A DNA stretch of 32,000 nt from Demequinaceae bacterium. GTDB lineage: Bacteria; Actinomycetota; Actinomycetes; Actinomycetales; Demequinaceae. Position numbers and translations under genes: made by a program. The notes beneath the pieces were generated by a model. That model had not been told where the DNA came from, did not search any database, and was given only the letters and a program-made list of their open reading frames with translations. This document shows, one piece after another, positions 29,405 through 32,000 of the stretch. Each line of letters starts with the position of its first letter. Positions within the stretch are counted from its first letter, which is position 1. Location of the stretch: contig OZ252279.1 of NCBI GenBank assembly GCA_965250005.1, positions 1,800,001 through 1,832,000 of the forward strand, written 5' to 3'.

Positions 29405-30976
29405 GTGACCAACGTGCAACCGGCCGCTGTACTCGTGTTGGCTGCGGGTGCGGGGACGCGCATGAAGTCCTCCACGCCCAAGGTTTTGCATCGCGTCGCG
29501 GGGCGCAGTTTGGTTGCCCACGCGATTGCCGCAGCCGCCGGAGTTGAGCCCGACCGCGTCGTCGTGGTGGTACGTCATGATCGCGACACCGTCGCCCACC
29601 ACATCAGCGAGATTGCCTCCGAAGCGCTGATCGCAGATCAAGACGACGTTCCCGGCACCGGCCGCGCCGTCTACTGCGGGTTGTCCATGCTTGACGAGAC
29701 GATCAAGGCCGGGCTCGTGGCCGAGGGTGCAACCAAGGCCAAGAATGTCCGTAAAGCCGGGGCAACCGGAACAGTGCTGGTGACGTCGGGCGACGTGCCG
29801 CTGATCGCCGCGGGCACCCTGCGCGAACTGGCCGCAGCCCACGCAGCGGATGGCAACGCCGTCACCGTACTCACCGCCACCATCGACAAGCCCACGGGCT
29901 ACGGGCGCATTATTCGCGACGCCTCGTCAGGTGAGGTTCTTGAAATTGTCGAAGAGGCCGATGCCACCGAGGCGCAGCGCGAGATCGCCGAAATCAACAC
30001 GGGCATCTACGCGTTCGATGCCGATGCGTTGCGAGAGGCGCTCGCTCAGCTACGCCAGGACAACGACCAGGGCGAGATGTACCTCACCGATGTGATTCGT
30101 CTGGCCCGCGAGGCTAACGGAAAGGTGCGTGCCATCATGACCGATGACCCTACGGAAGCCGAGGGGATCAACGACAAGGTGCAGCTCGCTGTTGCTGCGG
30201 CGCTCCTCAATCGATCCATCGTCGAGAAATGGATGCGCGCGGGCGTGACCATCGTTGACCCGTCCACTACGTGGATCGACGCCGACGTCACGCTGGCCCC
30301 CGACGTCACCATCCTGCCGGGTACGCAATTGCATGGTGCGACGGCCATCGCCACCGGCGCGACCGTGGGGCCCGACACCACACTCGATAGTGTGACCGTA
30401 GGCGAAGGCGCTACCGTGATCCGCACCCATGGTTCTGACTCCGTGATTGGCCAGGGTGCCATCGTGGGGCCATTCGCGTACCTACGCCCAGGCACCATCT
30501 TGGGCGACGCCGCCAAGATCGGTACGTTCGTGGAGACCAAGAACGCGCGGATCGGCGACGGCGCGAAGGTGCCGCACCTGAGTTACGTGGGTGACGCGAC
30601 GGTGGGCGAAGGGTCGAACATTGGTGCGGCGACCATCTTTGTGAATTACGACGGCGTGACCAAGTCACACACCACCGTGGGTAAGCACGTGAAGATTGGA
30701 TCGGACAACATGTTGGTCGCTCCCGTCAGCGTGGGCGACGGCGCTTACACGGGCGCTGGCTCGGTCATTCGGGACGACGTCCCCCCGGGAGCGCTGGGAA
30801 TCAACACGGCTCCGCAGCGAAACATCGCCGGCTGGGTGGAGCGCAGGCGGCCCGGAACTCCGTCGGCTCTGGCTGCCGCCGCCGCGTCTGATGGAGTGGC
30901 GGCGCCCGAGGCGCTATCGTCACAAGCAAAGAAGGAATTGGCCGCCGCCGAGCAAGTAGACGACCAGGGAGAATAA
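29405..30976 (+). CDS. glmU: Bifunctional UDP-N-acetylglucosamine diphosphorylase / glucosamine-1-phosphate N-acetyltransferase
   Basis: VLVLAAGAGTRMKSSTPKVLHRVAGRSL N-terminal motif and left-handed beta-helix C-terminus (GDGAKVPHLSYVGDATVGEGSNIGAATIFVNYDG). Confidence 0.97.
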   Translation: MTNVQPAAVLVLAAGAGTRMKSSTPKVLHRVAGRSLVAHAIAAAAGVEPDRVVVVVRHDRDTVAHHISEIASEALIADQDDVPGTGRAVYCGLSMLDETIKAGLVAEGATKAKNVRKAGATGTVLVTSGDVPLIAAGTLRELAAAHAADGNAVTVLTATIDKPTGYGRIIRDASSGEVLEIVEEADATEAQREIAEINTGIYAFDADALREALAQLRQDNDQGEMYLTDVIRLAREANGKVRAIMTDDPTEAEGINDKVQLAVAAALLNRSIVEKWMRAGVTIVDPSTTWIDADVTLAPDVTILPGTQLHGATAIATGATVGPDTTLDSVTVGEGATVIRTHGSDSVIGQGAIVGPFAYLRPGTILGDAAKIGTFVETKNARIGDGAKVPHLSYVGDATVGEGSNIGAATIFVNYDGVTKSHTTVGKHVKIGSDNMLVAPVSVGDGAYTGAGSVIRDDVPPGALGINTAPQRNIAGWVERRRPGTPSALAAAAASDGVAAPEALSSQAKKELAAAEQVDDQGE

Positions 30977-31956
30977 TGACCGCGCCCATCACCCGCACCA
31001 ACGAACGTCGCATGGTGATCGCATCCGGACGGGCGCACCCCGAGCTCGCGGCAGCGGTCGCGGAAGAGCTCGAAACGGAGCTTCTTCCCACCGATGCTTA
31101 CACGTTCGCGAACGGCGAATTGTATGTGCGGTTTGGCGACAGCGTGCGGGGCACGGACGCGTTCGTGCTTCAATCTCACGCGGCGCCCATCAACGAGGCG
31201 ATCATGGAGCACCTCATTATGGTCGACGCCCTGAAGCGCGCGTCGGCCAAGCGCATCACTGTTGTGATGCCCTGCTACGGCTACGCACGTCAGGACAAGA
31301 AGCACCGTGGCCGCGAGCCCATTAGCGCTCGCCTCATGGCGGACCTCTTCAAATCCGCAGGTGCGGATCGCATCATGTCGGTGGACTTACACACGTCCCA
31401 GATCCAAGGGTTCTTTGACGGCCCCGTCGACCACCTGTGGGCGATGCCGCTGCTGGCCACCTACATGCGTACGCGCATCGCACCGGACAACCTCACCATC
31501 GTCTCCCCGGATGCCGGCCGCGTCCGCCTCGCAGACCAATGGTCAGATCACCTGGGCGCGCCCCTCGCGATCATTCACAAGCGCCGCGACCCCAGCGTGC
31601 CCAACCAGACCAAGGTCCATGAGTTGGTCGGTGAGGTCGAAGGCCGCACCTGTGTGCTGGTTGACGACATGATCGACACCGGCGGCACCATTGTTCAGGC
31701 AGCCGAAGCGCTGTTTGAGAACGGCGCCAAGGACGTGATCGTGGCCGCGACGCACGGGCTGCTCTCCGGCCCCGCCATGGAGCGCTTGCGCGACTCGCAG
31801 ATTTCCGAAGTGGTCATCACAGACACCTTGCCCATCAGTGAGGACAAGACGTTCGACGGACTCACGGTGCTGTCGATCGCGCCACTGCTCGCCCGCGCGG
31901 TCCGCGAAGTGTTTGACGACGGATCGGTCACCAGCCTGTTCGCTGGCAACTCCTAG
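30976..31956 (+). CDS. prs: Ribose-phosphate pyrophosphokinase
   Basis: MVIASGRAHPELAAAVAEEL, PCYGYARQDKKHRGREPISARL, CVLVDDMIDTGGTI; TAATG overlap with glmU. Confidence 0.97.
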   Translation: MTAPITRTNERRMVIASGRAHPELAAAVAEELETELLPTDAYTFANGELYVRFGDSVRGTDAFVLQSHAAPINEAIMEHLIMVDALKRASAKRITVVMPCYGYARQDKKHRGREPISARLMADLFKSAGADRIMSVDLHTSQIQGFFDGPVDHLWAMPLLATYMRTRIAPDNLTIVSPDAGRVRLADQWSDHLGAPLAIIHKRRDPSVPNQTKVHELVGEVEGRTCVLVDDMIDTGGTIVQAAEALFENGAKDVIVAATHGLLSGPAMERLRDSQISEVVITDTLPISEDKTFDGLTVLSIAPLLARAVREVFDDGSVTSLFAGNS

Positions 31957-32000
31957 AAATCGAGAGCCCGCGCGAGAACCTACGCAGCCGGGCTAGGGGA

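Noticed and set aside
28547-29842. 431-aa minus-strand ORF as tabulated
   Set aside because: The N-terminal extension would run through tRNA-Gln and the start of glmU; the real TetR-like protein fits MTGRERREQ from 29149.

Overview
High-GC actinobacterial window. Conserved housekeeping genes flank an accessory island. On the left is the 3' end of ispE (about 3-386). On the right are a TetR-type regulator (minus strand), tRNA-Gln(TTG), glmU and prs. The island (about 500-28500) is dominated by one very large secreted, WapA-like RHS/YD-repeat polymorphic toxin gene (524-9592, 3022 aa: Sec signal peptide, Ig/cadherin-like and FG-GAP/VCBS-like N-terminus, YD repeats, RHS core, variable toxin tip) with a tightly linked small putative immunity gene. 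Downstream, in the same orientation, is a tandem array of promoterless/startless orphan modules. Each is [piece of the same YD/RHS core]-[different tip]-[putative immunity gene]: about 10228-14565, 16096-20609, 20684-23820 and 23926-25600, plus a decayed core fragment at about 25787-26155. Three of the orphan tips share a motif set (VYRV(F/W)GG ... SWTTV(N/D)P ... PEV(L/I)I/V.GGC.NP) that may be an ART-like toxin family. Their cognate putative immunity genes fall into at least two unrelated sequence types. One orphan is interrupted by an IS3-family element (10535-11839) with an 18-bp TIR and a TAC target duplication; its exact removal restores the reading frame. A second IS3-family element (27254-28526) has perfect 26-bp TIRs and a canonical C-CCA-AAA slippery heptamer. 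The most interesting overall reading is a Gram-positive silent-cassette toxin-tip replacement locus. Family names for tips and immunity proteins come from recall and motif reading only, and no database search was possible.
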